Assembly (NCBI GenBank): GCA_028534125.1
Contig: CM052818.1
Span: forward strand, 31,870,001-31,934,000
From: Lama glama
Taxonomy: Eukaryota
Length of the DNA: 64,000 nt
Direction of reading: 5' to 3'
This document shows, piece after piece, positions 50,358-63,112 of the stretch; position 1 is the first letter of the stretch; each line of letters begins with the position of its first letter. The notes beneath the pieces are model-generated. The model was given only the letters and a program-made list of their open reading frames with translations. It was not told the origin of the DNA and did no database searches. A program made the position numbers and the translations under genes.

Positions 50358-50495
50358 ACTTTCTTTTTCTCCTCTTCTCTTCTCCCTCCTCCTCCTCTTC
50401 CTTTTCTTCCTCCTACGCCTCCTTCTGTCTTTCCTTCCTCCCTCTTCCTCCTCCCTCCTTTTCTCCTCTCCTCTTCCCCCCTTCCTCCCCCTCAA
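50358..50495 (+). repeat. Polypyrimidine (CCT/CTT-rich) low-complexity tract
   Basis: About 135 nt that are almost purely C/T. Confidence 0.9.
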
Positions 50496-51304
50496 CCCAT
50501 ATTTCCACCATTGAGCACAGTGCCTGGCACAAAACAGCTATTCTATACAATTTGATAAGTGAATGAATGAATGTCATTATTTGGCTTCAGAGAAAAATTA
50601 ACTCTTTTTTTTTTTTCAGTCTGGGGTGCTTGGAGCTGGATTGTCATTCACCTTTCTGTCTTTTTCATTATTCCCTGAAAGCACAAACTCAATTTAGGCT
50701 TTAGTGAAAAATGAAGAGCATTAGACCAACCTTTTAAAATTGCTTGGTCAGTACTTCCTGCTCGCTTGTACTTCATGCTGCTGTCATCGCTGGGTAATTA
50801 TAACATTAAGTATGTACCTGATCAGCAAGTTGCTTTTAATTAAAATCCCCTGTTGGTTTCCTTGTAGCTCAGGGCTCCTGGAGCATTTGTTCAGCTCCTT
50901 GGGCTGCTGGCAAAGTTTCAGCTCCAGTGGGGATAGGAGCAGACTTCCAGAGGTCCTCGTCAACATATCCTGCGCCCCCCCCATTCCCTCCCCCAGCTTT
51001 CTCACTAGTATTTTGCCAACTGTGTGGTGAGCAGCTTATTATGTTCACCTCTGAATGGGGGATAACTATTCATAAGGGAATGCTGAGGCCCTGCAGAGAG
51101 GGGAGAGAACCCCTGGAACCAGGGCTTCTCCTGGCAATTTCTAAACCACATCCAACCTGCAGTGAGATTCTTCCCTGTGCTTCAGCTGATGGGGCCACCC
51201 TGCTTCTCTTCCCATGTTTCCCCACAGGGGAGATGGCAAGGGCATCAGAGCTGTTTCTACTCCTATTCCCTTCACGTGTATTTACAGGCTTTACAGCCCA
51301 GCAA

Positions 51305-51500
51305 GAGTCTGGTTCTAGAGGCAGGCTACCCTGCTTATAAATCTTGGAGCAAATGATTTTTTTTCTGCACTTCATTTCCTTATCTGTAAAATGGGAATAC
51401 TAATAAAACCTATCTCTTGGAATTCTTCTGATGGTTAAATGACACATATGAAGAGATTCACATAGTGTCTGGAGCATAATATACTCTCAAAAAGTGATAT
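51305..51500 (+). mobile_element. MIR SINE
   Basis: 'ctgcacttcatttccttatctgtaaaatgggaatactaata'. Confidence 0.7.
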
Positions 51501-52207
51501 CTACGATTACCACGGCGCTGACGGCGATAATGACTACTACCAGCAGCAGCAGCAGTGTTAGAAGTAGTACTTCTACCCAGTGAGGAGGTTGCCCAACCTC
51601 TGACAGACTCCAGAGCAAATGGCATTCCTTTCTTGCAGTGTCAAATGTCCTTTAATGCCAGGGAGAGGAGGTGGGTCTTGGTCCACTCAGAAGACTATGG
51701 GTAGAGAAAGGAAGCCCTTCACCAGAATAGACTAAGAGAGTCTAAATATGGAGCAGCATAGATCTTTGAACACCAACATATGTGTCAGTAAAATTCAGTA
51801 ATACTTACAGTAAATGCCTATTTCTTTTTGCCAAAGGATTATATTCCCCCCACCATATAAACAAAAAATATAATATACTACTGTTTTATTTCAATAAGTA
51901 TTTATGGGGCACTCACTGAGTAGTAAGTATGATAAGTATTTATTCAATCACTCCGTGACCTTTTGTGTGCTGACTCTGAGTTGGGTGTAGTTGTATAATG
52001 GTGAGTTGCTGTGCAGAAGGAGGAAAAGCAGCACAGACAGGTCAGGAGCCTTCCTTAGGGGGACACAGTGGCAGGATTATGATTGAATCCAGGCTTCCTC
52101 TCGCTTATCTTCACTCTTTTTCTACTGTACTGCACCGACATAGAGTCTCTGCCTTCAAGCGGATTACAATATTTATGGGACAAAAGCTATAAGTCTGTCA
52201 TTGAAAG

Positions 52208-52346
52208 CAGTCACTCATTGAACAAATATTTATATCCCTACTATGTACCAGGTTCTAGGTGATAGATGAATACAAGAGAAAGTTTTTGTTTTCATGGAGT
52301 TTTTGTTTTCGTATTCTAGAGGGGAAGACAGACAATGAACATACAC

Positions 52347-52396
<50 letters not shown>

Positions 52397-52470
52397 AGGG
52401 AGAGAGGGAGAGAGAGGGGGGCAAGGCAATTTTACATAGTGATAAGTATTGTGAAGAAAATAAAATAGAA
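52208..52470 (-). mobile_element. L2 3' end carrying a (TA)n(GA)n microsatellite at about 52346-52415
   Basis: 'cactcattgaacaaatatttatatccctactatgtaccaggttctagg'. Confidence 0.7.
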
Positions 52471-52724
52471 AAGACTGGCTGGGTCAGACCATGGAACATA
52501 AGATATCACATTCCCAAGTACTAAATTAAATTTCTTTCAATCATGAGCCAAAATGTATAACCTAGCCTATAAGCACTAAAAGTAGACTGGACCATTGGCG
52601 AAGTCTTCCTTCATGAGGTAGGATTTAATATGAGCTTTGAATGAGAAATAAGGGCTATACATTGTTTTAAAAAGAGCCCTGGCATGAACGAGGGCACAAG
52701 GCATTTTAAGAGAATTTGGAAAGC

Positions 52725-53018
52725 CAAATTTCCCAAAATCTGCCTTGGAGCACAGATTCTGTGAGATGCTCCTCAACCAAAGCCTCCTGGGAAAATCTTT
52801 TTAAAGTTTTGGGAAGTTGTAAACCAGATTTCCTTTTCCAGGGTTGAAAAGATGCCATTAAGGGTTGGAGGAGTCTTGCAGCAAAGACATCCGTTTCACC
52901 TTTTGTAATCCAAAGTATCCCAAGCTTACTTGAGCACGGAATCTTACTTATTTTCAGAATTCCTATTAACATGCCCTAGAATTAAGATACCTTGGAACAC
53001 CCTTTGGGAATCACTGCT
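52725..53018. mobile_element. hAT-Charlie MITE (MER112-like)
   Basis: Inverted ends 'tttcccaaa' and 'tttgggaatcactg'; internal 'ttctgtgagatgctcc' and 'cctattaacat'. Confidence 0.5.
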
Positions 53019-53391
53019 GAAGTAAAAGCTGGGGTTTGCATAAGCCTGAGGCATCAGTAGCATCAGCCCCAGGATCCCAGGGTGGATGATTCACCACTTG
53101 TGTGCATGATTGCTCATGCTGATGATCCCCTTCAGTGACTCAAATCATGGAGTGTCAACTGTGTCTTTGTTGGCTCTGATCTGTTTGCTGTATTTTCACT
53201 TTGCTAGCAGGACAGCGGAGGGCCTGGAGAGAGGAAGTAAGTAGACATGCATTCATAATCCACCCCCAGACTTAGCTGTGACTGAGCTGGTTATGAAAAT
53301 GCCCTTGGGTCTTAGACGACAGCCATGGGAACCCCAATGCCAGTCTTTGATATCCACAGCCTATGAGGGGCTTTTCCTTGGGATGGGCAGC

Positions 53392-53393
<2 letters not shown>

Positions 53394-53427
<34 letters not shown>

Positions 53428-53460
53428 GAGAGACAGAGAGACAAATAGACAGAGGGAGAA
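53394..53460 (+). repeat. (GT)n microsatellite followed by a GA-rich stretch
   Basis: Seen directly. Confidence 0.95.
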
Positions 53461-53677
53461 ATCGGGGGGGAGATGACTATATCCTTTGCTCTATTCTGAT
53501 GCAGCAACATCAAACCCATATTTTCTAATGTTGAGCTCTAATTTCCCTGCTAGTGATAGTGAACCTTAGTTTGTCAGTCACTTGGATGACTCATGGTTGG
53601 TCTTAGGCTTATGAATCTTAGAGATAGAAGGAACCCTAGTGAGAAATCATCTAGTTCACTTTCCCAATAAGAACCAG

Positions 53678-53812
53678 GACAATGATTCTAACCTTTGGTG
53701 GGTCGTGGACCTCTTTGGGACTCTAATGACAGCTGTGGGCCTTAATCCTGGAGAAGAAGCACAGGTGGATATTCAGATAACATTTCACCTACAATGTCAG
53801 AGGTTTACAAGC
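53678..53812 (+). mobile_element. hAT-Charlie MITE fragment (MER103-like)
   Basis: 'tctaacctttggtgggtcgtggacctctttgggactctaatgacagctgtgggcc'. Confidence 0.45.
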
Positions 53813-53894
53813 GTTTTTATGTTGCTTATCTATAATACATTCAGTAACCTTTTCTTCAGTACCCATTTAAATACCCTTAATTGACTCCCTTTAT

Positions 53895-54400
53895 TCTTAG
53901 AATAAACTAAAAACGTTCTTTAAAATGGCACACATGGCCCTGCATGATCTGTCCCTGCTCCCTGCTGCCCTCATCTGGCACTGCTCATTCTCTGTGCTAC
54001 CATTTGCTGCCCATTTAGTCATGCTGTTGCCCTGTTGAGGTTTCTTATGTTTATCATGCTTCTCCTTTCCACAATGCCTTTGCATATGCTGCTCCCATTA
54101 TCTAACATGTTCTTTTTTCACAGTTGCCCAGATGAATCCTTCTTTTCCTTCAGACAGTTCAGGGGTTACTTCCTCAAGCTTTCCTTAACCTCCTTTATCA
54201 ACTACTATATATCAGATTGTCCATTCTATGTTCTCATAGCACTTGTGGATGTTTCCTTTAAAAGTGACTGTTACAATTGAGTTTTATCTCTCTTTGTAAG
54301 ATTAATTGAGTGATGTCTTACTAGACAGTGAGCTTTATGAGGCAAGGACTGGGTCTTTGGTGCCTAATGATGTGCTTGGCACACAGTAGGTACTTTGTGG
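53895..54400 (+). mobile_element. L2 LINE 3' portion
   Basis: 'ggccctgcatgatctgtccctgc', 'gcctttgcatatgctgctccc', 'actagacagtgagctttatgaggcaagg', 'cttggcacacagtaggtact'. Confidence 0.8.
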
Positions 54401-55479
54401 TAACTATGTGGGGATGAAGGGATGGTCTTTGGTCACCAGTGTGCACTGTATCTCAAGGCAGCACATTCAGTGGTCTCAGGACTTCTGTTAGCTTCTGGTT
54501 TTGAAAAGTGACAATTTTTGCTTCTGTCCATTATACTGACAAGTGATGTGAGTTTTTGTCCTTCTCTAGGTAAATCAGTGAGCACATCAGTCTTTACAAA
54601 GCTGTTGGTCAGGTCTCTACAATATAAATTTCCCTCAATGAATAAATCTACAGGCAGAACTTGGATTTTACTCTACCCATCCTTAGGCTGTAGGAGTATA
54701 TGATAACCACATCTGTCAGCAGCCATCCACACAATCACATTGACCTTTCCTTCCTTCCTTCCTTCTTTCCTTCGTTCTTTCCCTTTTTCTCTCATTTCTT
54801 CCTCCTTCTCTCCTTTTTTTTTCTGGCACTCGCATGGATATCTTAAGAAGTTGCATACACACACACACATACACAACTCTTGGAGGAAATTGTGTGTGTA
54901 TATGTGTACCTGGTGTGTGGGAGTGGGTGCAAAGTAGGGCACCGTTTCACTCCAGTAATTCCAATTCATAGTTGAAACCAACTCTGTATGGTGGTGGTGT
55001 GCTAAGAGCCCTTCTAGTGAACAAGCCCTTCATCCTACCCAGCCCCAGTGCCATACCCCTTCTCTCCACCAGTATGACCTCATAATGCCAGTATTACTCA
55101 AATATCAAGTCCTAATATCTTTCTCATCCAATCATCTTTACCTGTTTACCCTTCCCTTGCCACCTGTTCAAGCTATGTCCTGGGGACTTAACACAGTGTA
55201 GAGGAGAGATTGTGAACCTAGCCTAACAAGAGGGGAGAAGCCATAGGCCTTCTGTTTTCTCATTTCCTTTGCCCTTAATGCTAAGAACATTTGCTAAAAA
55301 TTTCCCTTCCCCTCAGCATCCCATCACCCATCTATGGACTTCTAGCCCATAGTTCTCTAGATGCAACCTACTTCCCCACCTCCATGAGAGGAGTTTGGAT
55401 AGAACTAGGTGTGAGAAGGGATGTTTCCTCAGTCCCAGGTGCTCAGAACTGAGAGCTCTTGTTGTTGAGACTGCACAGC

Positions 55480-56005
55480 CAAATATAGCACTTGGCAGAG
55501 CTGCTGTCATAGAAATGAGCCCTGCCTGCTCAATGCCGTCTCACCTTCTCTCCCTCCCCTACACATGTCTAGTCTCAATGTTTGGTTCATGCTGTGGAGG
55601 CCTGGAGAATGGTGATAATCAGCTTTTGGCCTATTGTCATCAGAAGTATCCAGAGCCCTTACTGCCACTTGACCACAGCTGCCCTACCCAAGAATCGTGA
55701 GTGTCTATCCTTGGAGAGTTGACTGGTAACTGTGTGGTGTGGTGGGTGGGAAAGTCCATTGTTATGTGAGAAAAAACCCAAAAAACAGAAACAGACATAC
55801 ACACAGGAGGTATCGGTGCACCCTGGTGGAGCACTAGAGTGATGTCAGTGAGCTCCTAAAACACCCGCTGGTTCAGATTCACTCTCCAATTTCGGCTTTT
55901 TCTGAGGTGTGATGGTAGGGCTCTTCTTGAGTTCTTGTGCTCAGGTACCCTTCCAATAAATCACTTATTACTTGGGATAGCTCATTGCAACCACAAGAGC
56001 CTATC
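55480..56005 (+). mobile_element. Probable ERVL solo LTR (LTR33/LTR41-like)
   Basis: 3' end 'ccaataaatcacttattacttgggatagctcattgcaaccacaagagcctatct'. The 5' boundary is uncertain. Confidence 0.4.
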
Positions 56006-57229
56006 TCACTAGAACCTCTCTTGGGGTTCTTAGTATATTTTTCTTTTTCAAGTAGTCATAAATACACCTGTCATGTTTTCCCTATCAGATTATAAATGCC
56101 TTGAGGCAGGTTTCAATTCATAATCATTTTTCTAGCTTCTGATAAAAATTTGTTAGAATAAAGAGAGAAAGAGATGGAGGGAGGGAAAGAGTAAGGAAGA
56201 AGAGTAGGAAGGAGAAAGGGGGAAAGAGAAAGCTGAAGGGAGGAAGAAAGGAGGGAAAGTTAGTTTTTTGGAGGTATGTGACCTACACAACCTCCATGTC
56301 ATCACACTGTACACCATGACTGGGTAAGAGTGGGGAGGAGGTGGGATGAGAGTGAAGGAATGGTTGCTGGCTGAATTTTCATGAAGAAGGGCCAGATAAG
56401 CCCTTGATTCAAAGCAGAATTTTGTTTTTAGAGAAATTAGTTTTGATGGATATTTTTGGAAGCTGAAAAAAATGGAAGTTTATTTCACTGCCAAGTCTGC
56501 CAGTTTCAATTTGGCAAATACCGATTTCTTCACCCTGTATTGTGTTGCAGATGGCCCTGAAATGAGCAGCGCTGGCTGGGCTGTACTGACTAGGCTGGTT
56601 GCTCAGTACAGTTCCCTGGCGCCTCACTAAGCACAGCCCCCAGCAGAGGCTGCCTGCTATTCCCCAGAAGGCCAATAGAGGGCTCCCAAGAACACTGAGC
56701 AAAACTGGGTGGGCCTCACATGGAGAAGTTCAACTATGGCAATGATTATTATGCTTACCTAACACATAAAGTGATAGAATTGGATTTAGATTGTAAATGC
56801 ACGAATGGAGGAGTACCTTCCATGAATGCAATAGAATTAGTTGCTATATTGGAGGGAGCTCAGATTAGATTAGCTTGTATACAGTATGTATACAGTATAC
56901 TGGATAGGTTAAAGCTTTGATTCTGTGAATTATGTTATCTTGGAAAAAAATCACTTAATTTATCTAGGCCTCAGTTTGCCTACCTAAAGAAAATGATGGG
57001 ATCATACTGAGATAGTGAGAGTCTGGCTTTATAAGACCTTTTAAAGTATAACCTTATATTACTATAACTTATGGGAACCACATTCAGGAACAATCTGAGA
57101 AAACATGGCTTACCCAAAAGCAAGAAGGTTAATTCTGTCCCCCAACACTGGCCTAACAAAATGGTCCTGTTACATAGTTAGCACAATAGTTTGAATAAGA
57201 AATTCAGTCTTCAGTGATCACTGAGCTAG

Positions 57230-57455
57230 AGACAGTATTGTGCAGGTGAAAGAGAATATTAACTATAGACAAAAGACTTAGATTGAGATCTGGACTTTAT
57301 TAGCTAATTGATCACATTGCTTCTCTGAGTCTCAGTCCCTTCATCTGTAAAGTTGGGATAATACAAATTTCCTTGCCTGCTCCGAAGTGTGAAAGTCAGA
57401 TAAGATATTGCAACAGAAGTACTTTGCCTATTGCAATGTGTCACACAAGTGTTCA
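57230..57455 (+). mobile_element. MIR SINE
   Basis: 'ctctgagtctcagtcccttcatctgtaaagttgggataata'. Confidence 0.75.
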
Positions 57456-58074
57456 TTTATTAATAGATGCACTACCTCACATGGTCCTAACTTAGTGACA
57501 TAGTATGTATGAATAGGTTGAGTCTTTTCTTTCCTGAACTTAAGATCTCATACAAACCACATTATAGCCATAGTTTGTGTGTGTGTGTATGTGTGTGTGG
57601 TCTTCTTTTAACAGAAAATAAATTAGAAAAGAAGTATTTCTGAAGTGCAGAGGAATAGGCACTAGATTTGCAGATCTTAGAACTGAAAGAGAGTTCAAGA
57701 TACTACTAATCCATGTGTTTTGTAGTCACTATTGAGACTCTGTTTGAAGTAGAAACTAAGATTTTTTTTGTACCCATTCATTTATTCATTCATTTCAGTG
57801 GCTTGAGATGCTAGGAATACAAATTTTTGAGTTAGGAAAAGAGCTAGAGTCTTGTAATGGGCTTGTCTATCTATCCATTCCTTCAAACATATGTTGAAAT
57901 GTACCTATTTTCCAGACACCACGTTAGATGCAAGAAGCAATACAAAGATGTGCAAGCCATAGTCCCTCTCTTCAAGGAAAGCTTAACGCTCTGCCTGTCA
58001 CATAGTAAGTAATATAGAGATAGAGATACATAGATTTGAGGTTTTTTTGTTTAGGATAAATGAGACATGGATGT

Positions 58075-58260
58075 CAAGGAGGTAGTATAGTGGTTAAGAA
58101 CAAAAGTTATTTGGCTTTTCTAAGCCTTGGCTTCCTCTTGTGTAAATCAAGTTAATGCTGCCTACATACCTCAAAGAGTGGCTATAGGGATTACATGAGC
58201 TGATGTATGTAAAGCACAGTGAGTAGCATGTAGTAAACTCACAATACATGGTGGTTGTTA
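58075..58260 (+). mobile_element. MIR SINE
   Basis: 'ggtagtatagtggttaagaac...acctcaaagagtggctatagggattacatgag...tgtaaagcac'. Confidence 0.75.
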
Positions 58261-59129
58261 TTGGCATCATCATTATTATTATAGAGATTCACAGTGCCAA
58301 GCCATACTAGATTTCACAAGATAGACACTGGAAACCATGGAAGTTCAGAGGAGGGAGCACTTAACAAAGGGCTTTTAGGGAATGACCTTTTAGTCACTTA
58401 AAGGATGAGAGGATTTTCCTTTGGCAGACATAAGGAAAAGATCATTCTAGAGGAACACAGAGAGAGGGAAGCAAGAGAGAATGTGGCAAGTGCTTAGAAT
58501 GATGAGACATTCATTTTGCCTTGAACAAAACGCTCATGTTGTGATCTACTTAATGTATTCATTCTGACTTTGAAATTTCCATAAAAATATCTTGCCATGT
58601 CTCTCTGTGTAGGAAATTGCCTCAATTATTCTAATGCTTTGCTGGTCTGAATTGGTCTTGAAATTGCTGGTCTTGAAATCTTGAAGATGATGAAATTTGT
58701 CTTCTGGAATTCTCAGCTACTTTTTCCTCTGCCAGTTTTCCATCTTGCTGGGGCCTTCCACCCTTCCTAGTCATCCAGGATCTTCATTTACTTAAAAAAA
58801 AAAACCCTTCCTTTATTGAGGAAAAATTAGAACACACAAGAAAAACTATCTCCTGTGAGCCCCATGGTATTTACCCAGCCATCACCACAAAAATATATTC
58901 TTGAAAAGGAGCTGATAAACTAATATATAATAAGGAGCAAATGGTTTTTAGTGTGACCTCATTTAAGAGCTATTTGATTTTTGAAGAGGCATAGAGTGTC
59001 AAGAGAAATGACTTGGAATTTCAGGCATCCATAGGCACATATGGAAATCATTTGGGGTGGTAAAGTGATACCAGCATGTACTTCAGAAATAAAAGTATAT
59101 TATTGACCACATATACAGAGGTGTTGATT

Positions 59130-59625
59130 TTCTTTTTTTTAAAATTTTATTGAAAAGTTGTGTGTGTGTGTGTGTGTGTGTGTATACACCATGAGATGCA
59201 CATATCTTTAGTGTACAGTAAGATTAATTTTGACAGTTGCATGCACCTGTATAACCTTTATTCCTATCATGTACATTATCATCATCAGAGAAAGACCCTT
59301 TGTGCCCTGTGCCAGTAATCCCTCCTGCAGAGGCAACCAGTCATATTTCCTTCACATGGATTCAATTTGCCTGTTCTAGAACTTCATATAAATGGGATGA
59401 TACAATACATGTTCTTTTGTGTCTGGCTTCTTTCATTTAGCATAATATCTATGAAATTCACAAATGTTGTGTGTATCAGTTTGTTCCTTTTTATTGATGA
59501 ATAATATTCCATTGTATAATTATATTAAAAACTCTACATATTCTTCTGTTGATGGAAATTTGAGTTACTTACAGGTTGGAGCTATTATAAATAAAGTTCC
59601 TATGTACATTCTTATGCAAATTTTT
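59130..59625 (-). mobile_element. Old L1 (L1MB/L1ME-like) 3' end with (GT)n at about 59159-59184
   Basis: 'gcagaggcaacc', 'cctgttctagaacttcatataaatggga', 'tgtgtctggcttctttcatttagcataat'. Confidence 0.8.
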
Positions 59626-59629
59626 ATCT

Positions 59630-62120
59630 ATCATTAATTTTTAGCAATTTGATTATGATGTGCCCTGGTGTAGCCTTCTTTATGTATTTCTTAGGGTTCA
59701 TTGAACTTCTTAGGATCTATAAATTTGTTCTTTTTCAATCAAACTTGAAAATTTTTTCATTCTTATTTTTTCAAACATTTTTTCCTGATCCAGCCTTTCC
59801 TCTCTTTCTGTTAGGCCTATAACATGTATGTTATACTACTTAATATTTTCCCATAGATCACTGAGGCACTGTTCATTTTTTCTTACCATCCTTTTCTATT
59901 TCTCTCTACTTTTTTTATTGAAGTATAGTCAGTTACAAGGTGTCAGTTTCTGGTGTACAGCACAATGTTCCAGTCATGCATATACATACGTATGTTCATT
60001 TTCATATTCTTTTTCATTAAAGGTTATTATAAGATATTGAATATAGTTCCCTGTGCTATACAGAAGAAAATTTTTTTAATCTTATTTTTATATATAGTGG
60101 CTAACATTTGCATATCTCACACTCCCAAATTTATCCCTTCCCACCTTCTTTCCCCCAGTAACCAAATAAGATTGTTAACTGTGTCTGCAAGTCTGTTTCT
60201 GTTTTATAGATGAGTTTATTAGTGTCCTCTTTTCTTTTTTTTTTATGATACAAGTGATATCATACTGTATTTTTCTTTCTCTTTCTGGCTTACTTCACTT
60301 AGAATGATGATCTCTAGGTCCATCCATGTTGCTGCAAATGACATTATTTTATTCTTTTTTATGCTTGAGTAGCATTCCATTATATATATATTATGTGTAT
60401 TATGTATTATGTATATATTATATATATATATATATATACATAATATATATTACATACACACACACGCGCACACACACACACACACACACACATATACCAC
60501 AACTTCTATCCAGTCATTTGTTGATGGACATTCAGGTTGTTTTCATGTCTTGACTGTTATATATAGTGTTACTGTGAACATTGGGGTGCATGTAGGTTTT
60601 CAAATTAGAGTTCCCTCCAGATAATATGCCCAGGAGTGGGATTGCTAGGTCACATGGTACGTCTATTTTTAGTTTTTTGAGGAATCGCCATACTGATTTC
60701 CGTAATGGCTGCACCAAACTACATTCCCACCAACAGTGTAGGAGGGTTCCCTTTTCTCCACACCCTCTACAGCAGTTATTATTTGTGGGCTTTTGAATGA
60801 TGGCCATTCTGACTGATGTGAAGTGATACCTCACTGTAGTTTTCATTTGCATTTCTCTGATAACTAGTGATATTGAGCATTTTTTTAAAGTGCCTATTGG
60901 CCATTTGTATGTGTTTACTGGAGAATTGCTTGTTTAGGTCTTCTGCACATTTTTGGATTGGGTTGGCTGTTTGTTTTGTTATTCTATTTTTTCAGTTTCG
61001 ATAGTTCATATTGCCCGGTTTTCAAATTCACTGATCTTTTCTTCTGCAGTGTCATCTTTCTAAGTCCATCCAGTGAAATTTTCATTTTGCTTATTGTATT
61101 TCTCTATTCTAGAATTGCCATTTGGTTCTTTTTTCACTTTCCATTTCTCTATTGTGGCTTCTTCTTTGTTTCCTCATTAAATTTTTATTTTCCTTTAAAT
61201 CTTTGAACAAATTTATAATACCTATTTTAAAGTCATTGCTAATTTATTCTTCTCTATTGTTTCTGATATGTTTCCACTACTAACTTTTCTCCTGGTGGTG
61301 GATCACATTTTCTTGCTTCTTCGCCTATCTGATAATTTTTAATTATTTACTGGACATTATTGATGCTATGTCATTGACTGCTGAATTTTGTTGACTTCCT
61401 TAATAGATAGTTGAATTTTGTTCTGGTGGGCAATTAATTTACTCCTGAATCAGTTCAATCCTTTTGAGGCTTGTTTTTAAACTTTCTTAGTGAGGACCTT
61501 TAACCTAAGGCTAACTTGGTCCCACTGTTAAGGCATGGACTTTCTGGGGTCTGTACTGAATTAATTGAGGATTTTCCACCATGGTTGGTGAGACCTCTAA
61601 TATTTCCCAGTCCTGTGCAATATTAAGTAGGTTGGAATACAATCTGTAGTAATTAAAGGAACAGTTATCCTCTGGTAATTTTTGTTTCTCTGGTAGATGT
61701 TATTTTCCTGACCCTGTGCAGATCTTTCCAGCACACATGCAGTGTAGTGTTAAGCCAAAGATTCATGGAGATGTCTATGTAGATTTGTGAATCACCTTCT
61801 TTGCATAGTTCCCTTCTTTCTGGTACCATATCCCACAACTTCCAGCCACTTCAGTACCCTGAACCTCAATATCTGTATATTGGGCTCAGAAAGATCATGT
61901 TTGGGTTCCATCACCTTGTGCCACAGTCCGCAAGTGCCTCCAGATAGAAAACTGGGTTAATTGTATGGCCCATCTCATCTGTTGCTCTTTTCTCAGAGAT
62001 CACAGACTTGCTATCCAATGTCTAAAAATAATGATTTCATATATATTTTTCTGGTTTTGTAAGTATTTTCATTAGGACATATCGCTCTATACCAGTTATT
62101 CTATCTTGACCAAAAGAAAG
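59630..62120 (-). mobile_element. Ancient L1M ORF1/5' region, split by a younger L1
   Basis: 'tttgattatgatgtgccctggtg' is the reverse of a TPGHIIIK-like ORF1 motif. It resumes after about 60985 with 'tcaaattcactgatcttttcttctgcagtgtc'. Confidence 0.6.
59910..60982 (-). mobile_element. 5'-truncated L1 (ORF2 C-terminus plus 3' UTR) with an internal compound (TA)n/(CA)n expansion
   Basis: Minus-strand ORF 60532-60852 ([21 protein letters not shown], the ORF2 Cys-rich domain). The 3' UTR is the same type as 5100-5270. Confidence 0.95.
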
Positions 62121-62379
62121 ACCACACACAGTAATTTTTGTTAGTTCATGTTACACGTGGGAAAACCAAGGCATTGACCATGGTTTGTCTAGGATCACTA
62201 TGTTACCAATCCATGATAAAGCCGGAATAATAGCAGCACTTTTCAACTCTTGGTTTCTCTAACCTACCCCACAGTCTTTTGTAGAAAGTCTCTGTAAGCA
62301 GATTATGAGGATAAATTGATATTCATGGAAACCAAACCATATTTCATGGAGAGACAACAGATCTCAGACTTCTAAGCTC

Positions 62380-62732
62380 TGATTTACTTGCAGTAGTTAT
62401 TAGTGTAGTTCATGGATGATTTTGGTTGGGTGGAGCCATGAGACTAGTTCAAGACAATGAGTTGTTAGCAGTAGTGATGTATGTTAATTCTGAGTGAACC
62501 CTTATTGCTGACTGAGTCTTCCAGCTACTCTTTTCGTTATGTCATGGTAACTGGCAATGTTCAAAATGATGTCTCTGTCAGCCTGGGTCTCTGAGTGACT
62601 AAGGTGAGCAGAGACCACTTCTTAGCTCTCAATGGACAGGTAGCATGAACAAGAAATAATCCTTTATTGTTTTTTTGTTGACATTTGGGGGTTGTATGTT
62701 TTTATTGTATAGCTTAGCCTGTCCTGACTGTT
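62380..62732 (+). mobile_element. MaLR solo LTR (MLT1J-like)
   Basis: 'cagcctgggtctctgagtgact...gtagcatgaacaagaaataa...tttgggggttg...tagcttagcctgtcctgactg'. Confidence 0.7.
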
Positions 62733-62754
62733 AGAGAGAACTTTGATAAAACTT

Positions 62755-63112
62755 GATTGTCTTGGTTGATTCCTCAGAAGTAGACCCAGAGATGAAAATT
62801 ACCAAGCAAGTGACTTATTAAAGAAATGCTCCTAGGGGTGACTGCTAAGGGAGTTGGGGAAGCAGGATAGGGAAGGGAAGTAATTAAGTTAAACTGTAAT
62901 CTCAAGCAAAATTCCCTCTGACAGTATGCTGCAACCTGACTTTACAGGGGAATTCTGGAACTTAAGTCATGCCTTGTTATCCTAACTTAAAGCGAGAGAG
63001 TTGGGCTTTCTTATGGCTACACACTGCTAGGATTATGGAGTGGAGGTTGGTGCATGCAGAATCAGTAGAAGGCAGTTCAGGGGGATCTAGATGAAGCATT
63101 GGCATGTTCCAC
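62755..63112 (-). mobile_element. ERVL solo LTR (LTR16-like)
   Basis: 'gattcctcagaagtagacccagagatgaaaatt...gtgacttatt...ggggaagcaggatagggaaggg'. Confidence 0.6.

Noticed and set aside
50253..50514. Arg/Lys/Glu-rich and Leu/Ser/Pro-rich ORFs
   Set aside because: They are translations of a polypurine/polypyrimidine low-complexity tract.
56720..56920. ATG-initiated 66 aa ORF with a small internal repeat/palindrome (tgtatacagta x2)
   Set aside because: It has no recognisable domain, and its length is expected by chance.
59600..59660. Old L1 3' end abutting old ORF1 sequence as a second ORF1-only element
   Set aside because: It is too degraded, with no TSD or clear breakpoint. Independent adjacent insertions are equally likely.
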